A stretch of DNA of 64,000 bases, taken from contig OZ245838.1 in assembly GCA_965228735.1 (NCBI GenBank), positions 6,080,001-6,144,000 of the forward strand, given 5' to 3'. Shown piece after piece: positions 37,510-46,323 of this stretch (position 1 is the stretch's first letter; every line of letters starts with the position of its first letter). The notes under the pieces were generated by a model that did no database searches, was not told the origin of the DNA, and was given only the letters and a program-made list of their open reading frames with translations. A program made the translations under genes and the position numbers. Origin of the DNA: Planctomycetota bacterium. Lineage in GTDB: Bacteria > Planctomycetota > UBA1135 > UBA2386.

Positions 37510-38559
37510 ATGCACAACCTCCAGCTGACCGAAGACCAGGATCTCATCGTCGACACGGCGAAGAAGTTCGTCGCCGACAACGTCGCGCCCGAAGTGCTCG
37601 ATCTCGACGAGCACCGCAAGTTCGCGCGCGGCCAGTTCGACGGGCTCGCGGAGCTCGGGCTCTTCGGCGTGTGTGCGAGCGAGGACGTGGGCGGTGCCGG
37701 CATGGGCCTGCTGCCGTTCGCGGCCGCGGTCGAAGCGATCGGCGAGCAGAGCAGTTCGCTCGCGCGCCTGTTCGTCGGTCAGGTGCAGAGCGCGCGCGTT
37801 CTCGAGGCCGCGGGTCACGAGGATCTCGAAGAGGTCATGATGGGCGGCAAGCTCGCGGTGTTCTGCGGGCTCGAATACGGCCTCACGAGCTCGGGCGACG
37901 CGATCACCGGCACCGCCGAACTCGTTCCCGGTGGCGGCGAGGCCGACGTGTTCTACTGCGCGACGGTCGACGGCGAGACGCCGCGCATCCTGCGCGTCGA
38001 GGCGGGGAGCACGGCGCGCGAGGCGCTGACGAGCCTCGGCCTCGCGAGCAGCGCGCCCGCTCGCGTGAAGTTCGACGGCGCGGCTGCGACCGTGCTCTCT
38101 GGGGGCGACGCCGCGCAGCAGGCGATCGACGCCGCGAGCCAGCTCGGTTGGATCGGTGTCGCCGCGAACGCGGTCGGTGGCGGCAGCGCCTGCATCGCGG
38201 CGTCCAAGAGCCACGCGGCCGAGCGCATCGCGTTCGGCAAGCCGCTCGCGCGCCAGCACGCCGTGATGCGCAAGATCGTCGAGTCACGCCAGGGCGTCGA
38301 CGCCGCCCGCCAGCTCACGATGCACGCCGCCCGCCTCGCCGATGCCGGCCTCGACGCGACGCAGTCGGCGCTGCAGGCCCGCGTGCTCGGCATCGATGCG
38401 ATGGTCCGCGCCGCGGACGAAGCGATCCAGATCCACGGCGGCTACGGCTACACGGTCGAGTACCACGTCGAACGCCACTATCGCGACGGCAAGACGCTCG
38501 AAGTCCTCGACGGCGGCAGCGAGAAGCTCCGCGACCGCCTCGCAACGCTGGAAGTGTGA
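37510..38559 (+). CDS. Acyl-CoA dehydrogenase family, degenerate partner-type subunit
   Basis: Retains ERIAFGKPL and QIHGGYGY...ERHYRD. Lacks SExxxGSD and KxWIT, and has VLDG in place of IYEG. Confidence 0.88.
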   Translation: MHNLQLTEDQDLIVDTAKKFVADNVAPEVLDLDEHRKFARGQFDGLAELGLFGVCASEDVGGAGMGLLPFAAAVEAIGEQSSSLARLFVGQVQSARVLEAAGHEDLEEVMMGGKLAVFCGLEYGLTSSGDAITGTAELVPGGGEADVFYCATVDGETPRILRVEAGSTAREALTSLGLASSAPARVKFDGAAATVLSGGDAAQQAIDAASQLGWIGVAANAVGGGSACIAASKSHAAERIAFGKPLARQHAVMRKIVESRQGVDAARQLTMHAARLADAGLDATQSALQARVLGIDAMVRAADEAIQIHGGYGYTVEYHVERHYRDGKTLEVLDGGSEKLRDRLATLEV

Positions 38560-38560
38560 C

Positions 38561-38697
38561 GTGATGGCGGTACCGAACCCGCCCGTACGGAACCTGGTTC
38601 ATGCTGCCGGCCGCGTGCAACGCACCCGCGAGGTAAGGCCTTCGCGGCCGGCAGCATGAACCAGGTTCCGTACGGGCGGGTTCGGTACCGCCATCAC
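38561..38697. repeat. Palindromic REPIN/MITE-like element, copy 3 (perfect 55-bp inverted repeat)
   Basis: 38561-38615 is the exact reverse complement of 38643-38697, with a 27-nt loop. Shares the terminus TGGCGGTACCGAACCCG with copies 1 and 2. Confidence 0.93.
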
Positions 38698-40259
38698 ATG
38701 TGAGACTCGCGCCACTCGCCGGCGCGTTGGGTGGCGCGGCGTAGCAGGCGGCGGACCGGGGCGTCCATGAGCAGTTCGCGGTGGGCGCGGACGTAGCCGC
38801 GCAAGAACGCACGGATCGCAGCGGGGCCGCCGGGTTCGTCCGCTTCGCGGAACGCGGCCAGCAGGCGGCCCACGTCGGCGCCGCGGCCGCGGCTGTCTTT
38901 CGGTGCCTTCTTGCGGATGCCGTCGAGGTCCGTCATCGCGATGCGCATCTCGTCCGGCAGGCGAACGAGGTTGTCCAGCTTGAGATCGCGGTTGCGCAGG
39001 CCGTGCGCGTGCAGCCGACCGACGCTCGTGCCGAGGTCGCCCGCGAGCGCCATGGCGGTGGCCGCCCCGATCGCGCCGGCGGCGAGCTCGTCGCCCAGAT
39101 GGGGGTTGCCGATCCGGCGCGTGACGACGAGGCCACTGCCGCGATCGAGCCGCAGCGCGATCGGCTGCGGCGCGGGCACGCGCGCGAACTCGAGCCAGTA
39201 GCTCGCGCGCCAGAGCCGGCGCGCGTGACTCGCGTCGCGGCTCTTCACGACGAAGTCCTCCGAGAGCCACACCTCGCCGCGACGGCCGCTCTTGTGCGGT
39301 TCGAGGTCGGCGTCGCCGGGCTGCGGTTCGCCGCCCTCCGCAGCCGGCAGGCGGGCCAGGAACTCCCGGGCTCTGTCGCGCTCCGCGGTCGTCGCGCCGA
39401 CGAGGCGCTCGAACCAGCGCGGCTGCCCGCGCCGGCGGCGCTCGACGAGCGTGTGCCGGCAGTTGCGCTCACTGCGGCGCCCGAACGCCGGCAACGCATG
39501 GGATCGCCAACGGCGCGTCGCGTCCGCGAGCAGCGCCTCGAAGTTGATCGGCATCGGGCTGTCGCCCTGGTAACCAGCGAGCAGCGGTCGCGCCGCGCGC
39601 GCCAAGGCGCCGCGGTCGAACTCCTGGCAGAAGCGCGCGAGCGCCGCGGCCCGGCCGCGGTTGCCCTGTTCGCCCGCGTGGCGGAACGCCGTGAGGTCGA
39701 TGAGGTGCAGCGCGCCGGTGGCGTCGACGAGCAGGTTGCCCGGATGCAGGTCGGCGGCCGCGCAGCCGAGGTCGTGCAGGCGCCGCAGCAGTGCGCCCGT
39801 TCGGGTCAGCACGTCCGGGCCGAGGTCGAACGCGAATGGTCGCGCGTCCGGCACCGTCGCCGTGACGACGAAGCTGCGGCGCGCGCCGTCGCCGTCCTGC
39901 ACTGTTCCGAACGCGAGCGGCTCGACGGCCGGCAGGCCGAGCTGCCGTGCCCGGGCCAGGTTCTTGGCCTCGCGTTCGCCGGGCTCGCCGCGCAGCGCAT
40001 CGCGGGCGCGGTCCGACAACTTGTTGGCCCGGAACACCTTGATGTGCACGGCGACGTCGCCGAGCCGGCCCTCGAACACGCTGCGGACCGTGCGTTCCTT
40101 GATCCTGGTCAGCCCGTGATCGGTCCAGTCACGGACGTCGTTCCGCAACAACTCGGTGAGGGCTTCGGCTACTGTGTCCGAAGCGGTGGCGGCCCCGCCC
40201 GCAATGGCGGTGGATCGTGGCAACGATTCGTTGCCCGGCGTGGGGCCAAGCGGGACCAT
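38694..40259 (-). CDS. Lipopolysaccharide kinase (Kdo/WaaP/InaA family) with tandem kinase domains; start uncertain
   Basis: Domain 1 'DLHPGNLLV...LIDL'; domain 2 'LHAHGLRNRDLKLDNLV...MTDLDG'. Divergent from lptFG. Confidence 0.8.
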   Translation of the reverse strand: MVPLGPTPGNESLPRSTAIAGGAATASDTVAEALTELLRNDVRDWTDHGLTRIKERTVRSVFEGRLGDVAVHIKVFRANKLSDRARDALRGEPGEREAKNLARARQLGLPAVEPLAFGTVQDGDGARRSFVVTATVPDARPFAFDLGPDVLTRTGALLRRLHDLGCAAADLHPGNLLVDATGALHLIDLTAFRHAGEQGNRGRAAALARFCQEFDRGALARAARPLLAGYQGDSPMPINFEALLADATRRWRSHALPAFGRRSERNCRHTLVERRRRGQPRWFERLVGATTAERDRAREFLARLPAAEGGEPQPGDADLEPHKSGRRGEVWLSEDFVVKSRDASHARRLWRASYWLEFARVPAPQPIALRLDRGSGLVVTRRIGNPHLGDELAAGAIGAATAMALAGDLGTSVGRLHAHGLRNRDLKLDNLVRLPDEMRIAMTDLDGIRKKAPKDSRGRGADVGRLLAAFREADEPGGPAAIRAFLRGYVRAHRELLMDAPVRRLLRRATQRAGEWRESHM

Positions 40260-40269
40260 TACGAACGCG

Positions 40270-41349
40270 ATGTGGCGGCTCCATAGATACTACCTCAAGG
40301 AGCTCGGGACGAACTTCGGGATCACCTTCCTCGTGATGTTCGCCGTGGTTCTGGTGTCGCTGATCACGCGCGGGATCAACCGGTCGCAAGGGGGCGGCCT
40401 GATCGACGCGGCCAAGATCACGCTGCTGTTCGCGGTGGACGCGTTTCCGCACCTGCTCGCGATCACGTTCCTGGTCGCGACCGTGCTGACCTACACGCGC
40501 GCCGCGCAGGATCGCGAGCTCATCGCGATCCGCGCCGCCGGCATCGGGCCGCGCGTGCCGATGATGCCGGCGCTGCTCATCGGGTTGGCGCTGTCGGTGT
40601 TCGGCTCGTTCGCCAATCACTACGTGATTCCGTGGGTGCACTACGAGAAGTACCGTGTGATCGCGGCCGTGGTGCGCAACGTGTTCACCAACCTCAAGCT
40701 CGGCAGTGATCGGATTCCGATCCTGGACACGGGGTACGTGATGACCTTCGCGGAGCGTGATGGCGAGGACTTCGTCGACTGCACGATCTACTGTCCGCCG
40801 GGGCGAACGATCGAGGGAACGGGTTCGCCGATCCTGAGAGCGGAGCGCGTGTCGCCGCCGCGGGTTCGTGAGGGGCAGGAGTCGATCGTCGTGGTCTTGA
40901 AGGGAGCGCGGGACCCCGTGCCGGACCCCGACAGTGATGCCTACCTCTCGGAGGTCCGCATTCGCATCGGTCAGAACATGATCGCCGACCGCGGGCGGCG
41001 AGCGGATCGTGACGAAGACGTGCGCAGTGACCAGTTGCTGGGCGAAGTGTTGCGCGGCGCGCACCCGCGGGCGCACGAGGCGCAGTACACGTTGTTCAAG
41101 CGCTGCTGTTTCGCGCTGCTGCCGGCTCTGCTCGCGCCGATTGGCTATTGCATCGCGGAGCTCATGCGCATGCGTGGGCGGGTGCTCGCGTTGACCGTGT
41201 CGTTGGTGCCGATCGCGCTGTTCTACATCGGTGAGGCCGTCGGCACGCGCGTGATGCAGGCGACGGCCAGTTCGTGGAGCGCCTGGTTGCCGATCGCGTT
41301 CCTGCTCGTTCTCGGAGTGCCGCTGTGTTGGCGGCAGCTGCGCCGATGA
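40270..41349 (+). CDS. lptF: LptF/LptG family LPS export permease
   Basis: LHRYYLKEL, DRELIAIRAAGI, 3+3 TM layout, paired with a second permease. Confidence 0.85.
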   Translation: MWRLHRYYLKELGTNFGITFLVMFAVVLVSLITRGINRSQGGGLIDAAKITLLFAVDAFPHLLAITFLVATVLTYTRAAQDRELIAIRAAGIGPRVPMMPALLIGLALSVFGSFANHYVIPWVHYEKYRVIAAVVRNVFTNLKLGSDRIPILDTGYVMTFAERDGEDFVDCTIYCPPGRTIEGTGSPILRAERVSPPRVREGQESIVVVLKGARDPVPDPDSDAYLSEVRIRIGQNMIADRGRRADRDEDVRSDQLLGEVLRGAHPRAHEAQYTLFKRCCFALLPALLAPIGYCIAELMRMRGRVLALTVSLVPIALFYIGEAVGTRVMQATASSWSAWLPIAFLLVLGVPLCWRQLRR

Positions 41350-42428
41350 ACCGCCTCGATCGCTACGTCGGTAAGACGGTGCTCGGGGCGTTCATCGCCG
41401 CGCTGGCGTTCTTCACGCTGCTCGTGATCATCATGGACGTGCTCGGCAACATGCCACGCTACGTTCGAGTCGCACAGGAGCAGGAGCTGTCGAGTGCAGG
41501 GCTCGCGCTCCTGATGTTCGACTACTACGTCGTACTGTTACCCGTGCTGCTCGTGTCGATCGTCCCGTTCGTGACGGTGATCGCGTGCATGTTCGCGCTG
41601 GCCAGGCTGCAGCATGCCAACGAGGTCGTCCCGATGCTGTTCGTCGGGCGACCGATGCGGCGAGTGCTGCGGCCGATGATGCTCTGCGGTCTGCTTGCAG
41701 CTCTCGGCATGGTCGCGTGCTGGCAGTGGGTCGTGCCGGAGGTCGCGCCGCGTTTCACGCAGCTCACGCAGCAGCTCAATCGCGGCCGCTCGACGCAGGA
41801 GACTCTCGTCGACGAGTCGCCGGACGGCGCGCTCATGCGGCGGCTCTACGTCGGCGAGTTCGAACCGGGCAAGAACACGATCCGCGGCGTCCACATGCTC
41901 GTCGAGGCCGTGCTGGCCGCCGACAGCGTGATGATCACCGCGGACTCCGGCGTGTGGGACGAGGAGGCGTCGGACTGGCGGCTGGAGAACGGTTGGCGCG
42001 AAACCGTCGAGAACAAGCAGCAGATCGGCTTCCTCGGCCGCCCAGACCTCGCCCCCGAGGTGCTGCTCCAGCGCGGCCGTTCGCAGATCGAGGCCGACGC
42101 GCAGTCCTACACCCAGCTCGCCGAGACGATGGCGCTGCGCTCACATCGCGCCGACGTCCGCCTCGCGTTCCACCGCCACATCACCTATCCGCTCGCCAAC
42201 CTGATCCTGCTGATGCTCGCGCTGCCGCTCGCGGTCTGGTTCGAACGGGGCAGTCGGATCGAACGCATCCTCATGGCGATCGGGCTCTGCGGCGCCTACG
42301 CGCTGTTCGACCTCGTGTGCCAGAGCCTCGGCGTGCGGGGCTACCTGCACCCCGTGGTCGCGGCGTGGTCGCCGACGATCGTGTTCGGCTCGCTCGGGCT
42401 CGTGTTGTTCGGGGGGATGCGGTCTTGA
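41346..42428 (+). CDS. lptG: LptF/LptG family LPS export permease
   Basis: LDRYVGK, NEVVPM, HRHITYPL, LHPVVAAWSP; ATGA overlap with lptF. Confidence 0.85.
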   Translation: MNRLDRYVGKTVLGAFIAALAFFTLLVIIMDVLGNMPRYVRVAQEQELSSAGLALLMFDYYVVLLPVLLVSIVPFVTVIACMFALARLQHANEVVPMLFVGRPMRRVLRPMMLCGLLAALGMVACWQWVVPEVAPRFTQLTQQLNRGRSTQETLVDESPDGALMRRLYVGEFEPGKNTIRGVHMLVEAVLAADSVMITADSGVWDEEASDWRLENGWRETVENKQQIGFLGRPDLAPEVLLQRGRSQIEADAQSYTQLAETMALRSHRADVRLAFHRHITYPLANLILLMLALPLAVWFERGSRIERILMAIGLCGAYALFDLVCQSLGVRGYLHPVVAAWSPTIVFGSLGLVLFGGMRS

Positions 42429-42547
42429 CGGACGGGCATGATTCCGAGGCGTCGCGCGGCCGACTGCCCGGCTGGGTGATCGTTCTGGCCGTGCTGCTGT
42501 TCACGGGGCTCGTCGGCCTGATCATCGTGCTGTCGCCGCGGTCCTGA
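42425..42547 (+). CDS. Putative 40-aa single-pass membrane protein
   Basis: TTG start overlaps the lptG stop (TTGA). Sequence MTDGHDSEASRGRLPGWVIVLAVLLFTGLVGLIIVLSPRS. Confidence 0.45.
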   Translation: MTDGHDSEASRGRLPGWVIVLAVLLFTGLVGLIIVLSPRS

Positions 42548-42640
42548 CGCCCGGGATTCGAGAATCCTCGGCGAGCTCGATCGTAGAATCCTGCCCGAGC
42601 GCGCGACGCCGTCACGGCGACTGCGCTCCGAGAACCGATC

Positions 42641-43747
42641 ATGACGAATCCGCCATCGCTCACCGCCCTCCTCGTCGCCTTCGGCGGCCTGATCTCGGCC
42701 GCAACACTGCCCGCCCAGGCTGACCCCAAGCCGGCCCCGAGGCCCGCGCAGTTCCTGCCGACCGACTATCACAACGTCCTGTTCGCCGACTTCGCCCAGC
42801 TGCGTGAGAGCGGCGTGCTCGACGAGCTGCGTGTGGGGGCTGGCGGGATGATGCTGCAGCAGCTCGAGCAGGGTATGGGGCTCGAACTCGACAGTCTCCA
42901 GAGCATCACGATGGTGCCGGTGGCGCCGCCCGGGAGCGAGGACGTGCGAATGGGTCGCACGATGACCGTCATGGTGCTCGAAGGGGTCAAGGAACTCGAT
43001 CCGCCGCGGATGGTCGGCGGCTACACCGACGACAGGATCGGCGCGTTCGACGTCAAGCGCAGCGATTCGAGTTGGAAGAACGAGGTGTTCGTGCAGCCGG
43101 GCCCCAAGGTGCAGGTCATCGGCGAGACCGACCTCGTCCGGCCCGTGCTCGAGGGCAAGCTCGGCTCCGGGCAGTCCTGCCCCGATATCCTGTCGCTGCT
43201 GTCCACGCGCCGTGCGGGCCTGCTGTGCTACGCGACGATCCACCTCGCCGACCGCGCGCTCAACCGGCACATGGTCGATTCCTTGTTCGGTGACGAGGAG
43301 TGGCCGGAGAACGGCCAACCGCAGTACATGTTCCTCGACATCCGCGCGATCGGCGATCCGGACGATCCGAACGTGCAGGTCGAGGTCGTGTTCCGGCACC
43401 TGCGGGGCGGCGAGAACGTCGATCTCACGCAGAAGCACTTCGACGCGCTCCTCGCCAAGGCCAAGGAGATCCCGCAGATGCGGATGCTGATGCCGTTGCT
43501 GCAGAAGATCCAGCGGTCGCGCGACAAGTCGGATCTGGTCTACCAGCTCGACCTCGGTCGCGGTCGCGCCGCAGCGGGCAACCTCGCGATGGCGCTCGCG
43601 CCACTGATGTTCATGGGCGCGTCGGCCGAGGCCGCACCGGTCGTCGTCGAGGCGGTCGAGGCGGAGGCCGTCGTGGAGGAGGAGCCCGCTCCCGAACCGG
43701 CGAAGAAGAAGGGTGGCGGCGGCAACACCAAGGGCAACGGCAGGTAG
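42641..43747 (+). CDS. Secreted hypothetical protein
   Basis: Signal peptide ...AATLPA|Q; 368 aa; low-complexity C-terminal tail. Confidence 0.75.
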   Translation: MTNPPSLTALLVAFGGLISAATLPAQADPKPAPRPAQFLPTDYHNVLFADFAQLRESGVLDELRVGAGGMMLQQLEQGMGLELDSLQSITMVPVAPPGSEDVRMGRTMTVMVLEGVKELDPPRMVGGYTDDRIGAFDVKRSDSSWKNEVFVQPGPKVQVIGETDLVRPVLEGKLGSGQSCPDILSLLSTRRAGLLCYATIHLADRALNRHMVDSLFGDEEWPENGQPQYMFLDIRAIGDPDDPNVQVEVVFRHLRGGENVDLTQKHFDALLAKAKEIPQMRMLMPLLQKIQRSRDKSDLVYQLDLGRGRAAAGNLAMALAPLMFMGASAEAAPVVVEAVEAEAVVEEEPAPEPAKKKGGGGNTKGNGR

Positions 43748-43762
43748 TCGCTCCCCGGCTGC

Positions 43763-44764
43763 TCACACGAGATCGGAGTCGCCGAGCGTGTGATACCAGT
43801 GGTCCTTGTAGAACCGCGCGTCGTCGTTCTCGAACGGGATGACGACCTGGAAGTAGGCGGTTCCGAAGACCGAGAACCCGTGGCTCTGGAAGCCGAGGAA
43901 CCGCGGGTCGAGGTGGTTGAACACCGTCGCGAGCACGGCTGAGCCGTTCGCGTTGGCGCGCTGCTCGGCCTTCGCGATCAAGGCGATCGTCGCGTCGTGG
44001 TCATCGGCCGGCGCGAGCCAGTCGGCGAGGAACGTCGTCATCGCCGGGAACGCCCACTCGCGCTGATTGAGCACGGTCACCGCGCGCAGCTTGCCCGTGT
44101 TCTTCTCGCGGCACTCGAGCAATTCGTAGTCGGCGTCGTGCGCGTCCGCGAACCGCCAGTTGAGATACGTCGCGTCGCGCACGAGCGACAGCCGACTCTG
44201 ATCCTGCAGGCTCTGCCACAGCGTGTCCGTGTTGCTGTCGAACCGTTCGACCGCGCGCACCTCTAGCTCGGCGCTCGTAGACCGCTTGGCGAAGCCATCG
44301 GCCGGCCGTTGCTCGAACAGGAAGTCCCAGTCGCGCACCATCTCGTAGCGCAGGTACTTCTGCCCGATGCGCCACGTGGCGATCGGCCAGCCGTAGTGGA
44401 ACGCGTTCTGGTGTGGCTCCTTGCCGCCCCAGAGGTCGTAGTGCGCGTGCGCGAGGTTGACGAAGAGCCCGGGGCGCTTGCCCGCGCGACGATGCGCCGG
44501 CAGCACGAACAGGTCGACGCACTGCCCCGCGAGCCGCTCGTTGCCGTCGATTCGCACGCGCACGGGTAGCGTCACGTAGGCGCCGACGATCCCGTCGGTC
44601 TCGTGCGCTGCGACCATGGTGTGGATCTGCCCCGTCGGGTTGTCACGGAACTTCCACTGCCAATGGGCGAGCGAGCGCGTCGGCTCGAACGTCGCGTTGT
44701 GGCCGGCGAGCAGCGACTCCTCGTCACCGGGCTGGTAGGGGCGGATCTCGATCGGGCCGGACAT
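43763..44764 (-). CDS. GNAT family N-acetyltransferase
   Basis: IRPYQPGDE, WQWKFRDNP, DLFVLPAHRR, VRDATYLNWRF, GDSD end. Confidence 0.82.
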   Translation of the reverse strand: MSGPIEIRPYQPGDEESLLAGHNATFEPTRSLAHWQWKFRDNPTGQIHTMVAAHETDGIVGAYVTLPVRVRIDGNERLAGQCVDLFVLPAHRRAGKRPGLFVNLAHAHYDLWGGKEPHQNAFHYGWPIATWRIGQKYLRYEMVRDWDFLFEQRPADGFAKRSTSAELEVRAVERFDSNTDTLWQSLQDQSRLSLVRDATYLNWRFADAHDADYELLECREKNTGKLRAVTVLNQREWAFPAMTTFLADWLAPADDHDATIALIAKAEQRANANGSAVLATVFNHLDPRFLGFQSHGFSVFGTAYFQVVIPFENDDARFYKDHWYHTLGDSDLV

Positions 44765-44852
44765 GGGCGTTCTGGAGTAGCGGTCGTCGACTGTATCGGC
44801 AGGATGGCGAACTCGGGTGAGTCACTGAGGGGAACCCTGGGCCTGGGCTAGG

Positions 44853-45713
44853 ATGAGGGTCATGTCCTCCACCGAACCCGTGCCGCCACCGCTCCCACAG
44901 GAGTCCGACGAGAAGCCTGCCGAACGCCGGTTTCCGTGGCCCATCTGGGTCGTCGCGGGGCTGGTTTACGCCTTCTTCCTCACCGTCGCGATCCGCGTTG
45001 GCGACGACGTGCCGTATCAGGCGGGCAAATACCTCGGGTCGATGGGCATCGCGGTCCTGGCATCGTGGGGGCTCTGGCGCCTGGCGTCGCGTGCGACCGG
45101 AGCTGCGTGGGGGGGGCTGCTTCTCGGGGTGGTTCTGATGCTCTTCAGCGACGGCCAGACGCTCCGCCGCGAGCGCGAGGCCAATGATCGCGCGATCGCT
45201 GCGTACTCCGAGGCGGAGCAACGAGTGAACTCGACGGCGGAGCGATTCTTCGCGACCGGCGGATTGGATCTGTCGACTCTCGAGGAGGGGCCGAGCCTCG
45301 AGGCGCGACGCGACCTGCTCGTCGAACTCCGTGGGCTGCTCGAGGATCTGGAGCGTGACCTGCGGACGGGGGACGCGTATCGCGAGGCGCTGCGCGCCGG
45401 CAACGTCGACGCGCGCCGGATCGAGGTGCTCGTGCCGGAGTTCGTCACGGGCGTAGCAAAGATCCACGGCATGCAGGCCGCCTACCTGTCGTGGTGCGAT
45501 GCGGCGCTGAACCTGCTCGAGCTCGCGCAGCAGCACCGCGATCTCTGGTCACTGGATTCGGATGGCGCGTTGGTCGTGTCGGAGGGGGCGGACCCGAAGA
45601 TCGACGCGCAGTTCGACGACGCGGTGGCCGAGGTCGGCACGACCTGGGACCTGCTCGAGCAACGCAGCGCCGCGTTCGCGGAATGGCAGCAGTCGATCGG
45701 CGGGCCGCGCTGA
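44853..45713 (+). CDS. Hypothetical membrane protein
   Basis: Three N-terminal TM helices followed by a helical soluble domain. Confidence 0.65.
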   Translation: MRVMSSTEPVPPPLPQESDEKPAERRFPWPIWVVAGLVYAFFLTVAIRVGDDVPYQAGKYLGSMGIAVLASWGLWRLASRATGAAWGGLLLGVVLMLFSDGQTLRREREANDRAIAAYSEAEQRVNSTAERFFATGGLDLSTLEEGPSLEARRDLLVELRGLLEDLERDLRTGDAYREALRAGNVDARRIEVLVPEFVTGVAKIHGMQAAYLSWCDAALNLLELAQQHRDLWSLDSDGALVVSEGADPKIDAQFDDAVAEVGTTWDLLEQRSAAFAEWQQSIGGPR

Positions 45714-45717
45714 CCTG

Positions 45718-45954
45718 TCAACTCTCGCCCTGCAGCCTCGGACGTCGAAGTCGCAGGAATCCCACGAGGCCGACGATCGGGCAGGCTGCCGCGCCGGCCA
45801 GGCAGACCCAGAGCCAGAAGACGTGCGCCTCGCGCCGTTCGGGTGATGTGGGCGGGCCGCCGCCGGCCCAGCCGTGCCACGTTGCTAGGAGCAGCAGTGG
45901 TGCGATGGCCACGATGCCGAGCACGAGTGAACTCCACGCGGCCGCCTGTCTCAT
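45718..45954 (-). CDS. Small two-TM hypothetical protein
   Basis: MRQAAAWSSLVLGIVAIAPLLLLATW...VFWLWVCLAGAAACPIVGLVGFL. Confidence 0.5.
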   Translation of the reverse strand: MRQAAAWSSLVLGIVAIAPLLLLATWHGWAGGGPPTSPERREAHVFWLWVCLAGAAACPIVGLVGFLRLRRPRLQGES

Positions 45955-46012
45955 CGAGGAAGAACGTGAGCGCGACGCCGGAGTTTCGCGGTGGCGCACC
46001 GGGGTCGGGTCC

Positions 46013-46315
46013 TCAGTCCGGCCGCCATTTCAGGTGCGCGCGGACGTCGTCCCCGAAGCCGGCGCCAACCAGCGCATCCCGCCAGTCGAGCTGCGCGAGC
46101 CGGACCGCGTCGGCGAGCGCCGCCATCGAGCCGCCGCTGATCTTGAGGACTGCGAAGCGGATGCGTTCGAATCCAGTCGGCGTCTTCGAACTCCACAGCG
46201 GCAGCGTATCCCCGCACTCGTTCTCGAGGATCCAGCGCGCCTGATCCCGTTCGCCCAGGTCTTCGAACACGGCAACGAGGTGTTGTTCGGTCTTGTCGCT
46301 GAGCGGGATGGCCAT
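46013..46315 (-). CDS. Small hypothetical protein (100 aa)
   Basis: Starts 8 nt after the DJ-1 gene stop. 'ERIRFAVLKISGG...AQLDWRDALVGAGF' looks like a conserved hypothetical motif. Confidence 0.7.
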   Translation of the reverse strand: MAIPLSDKTEQHLVAVFEDLGERDQARWILENECGDTLPLWSSKTPTGFERIRFAVLKISGGSMAALADAVRLAQLDWRDALVGAGFGDDVRAHLKWRPD

Positions 46316-46323
46316 GGGCTGCG

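Noticed and set aside
38561..38697. Identical peptide MAVPNPPVRNLVHAAGR on both strands
   Set aside because: A consequence of the perfect inverted repeat, not evidence of genes.
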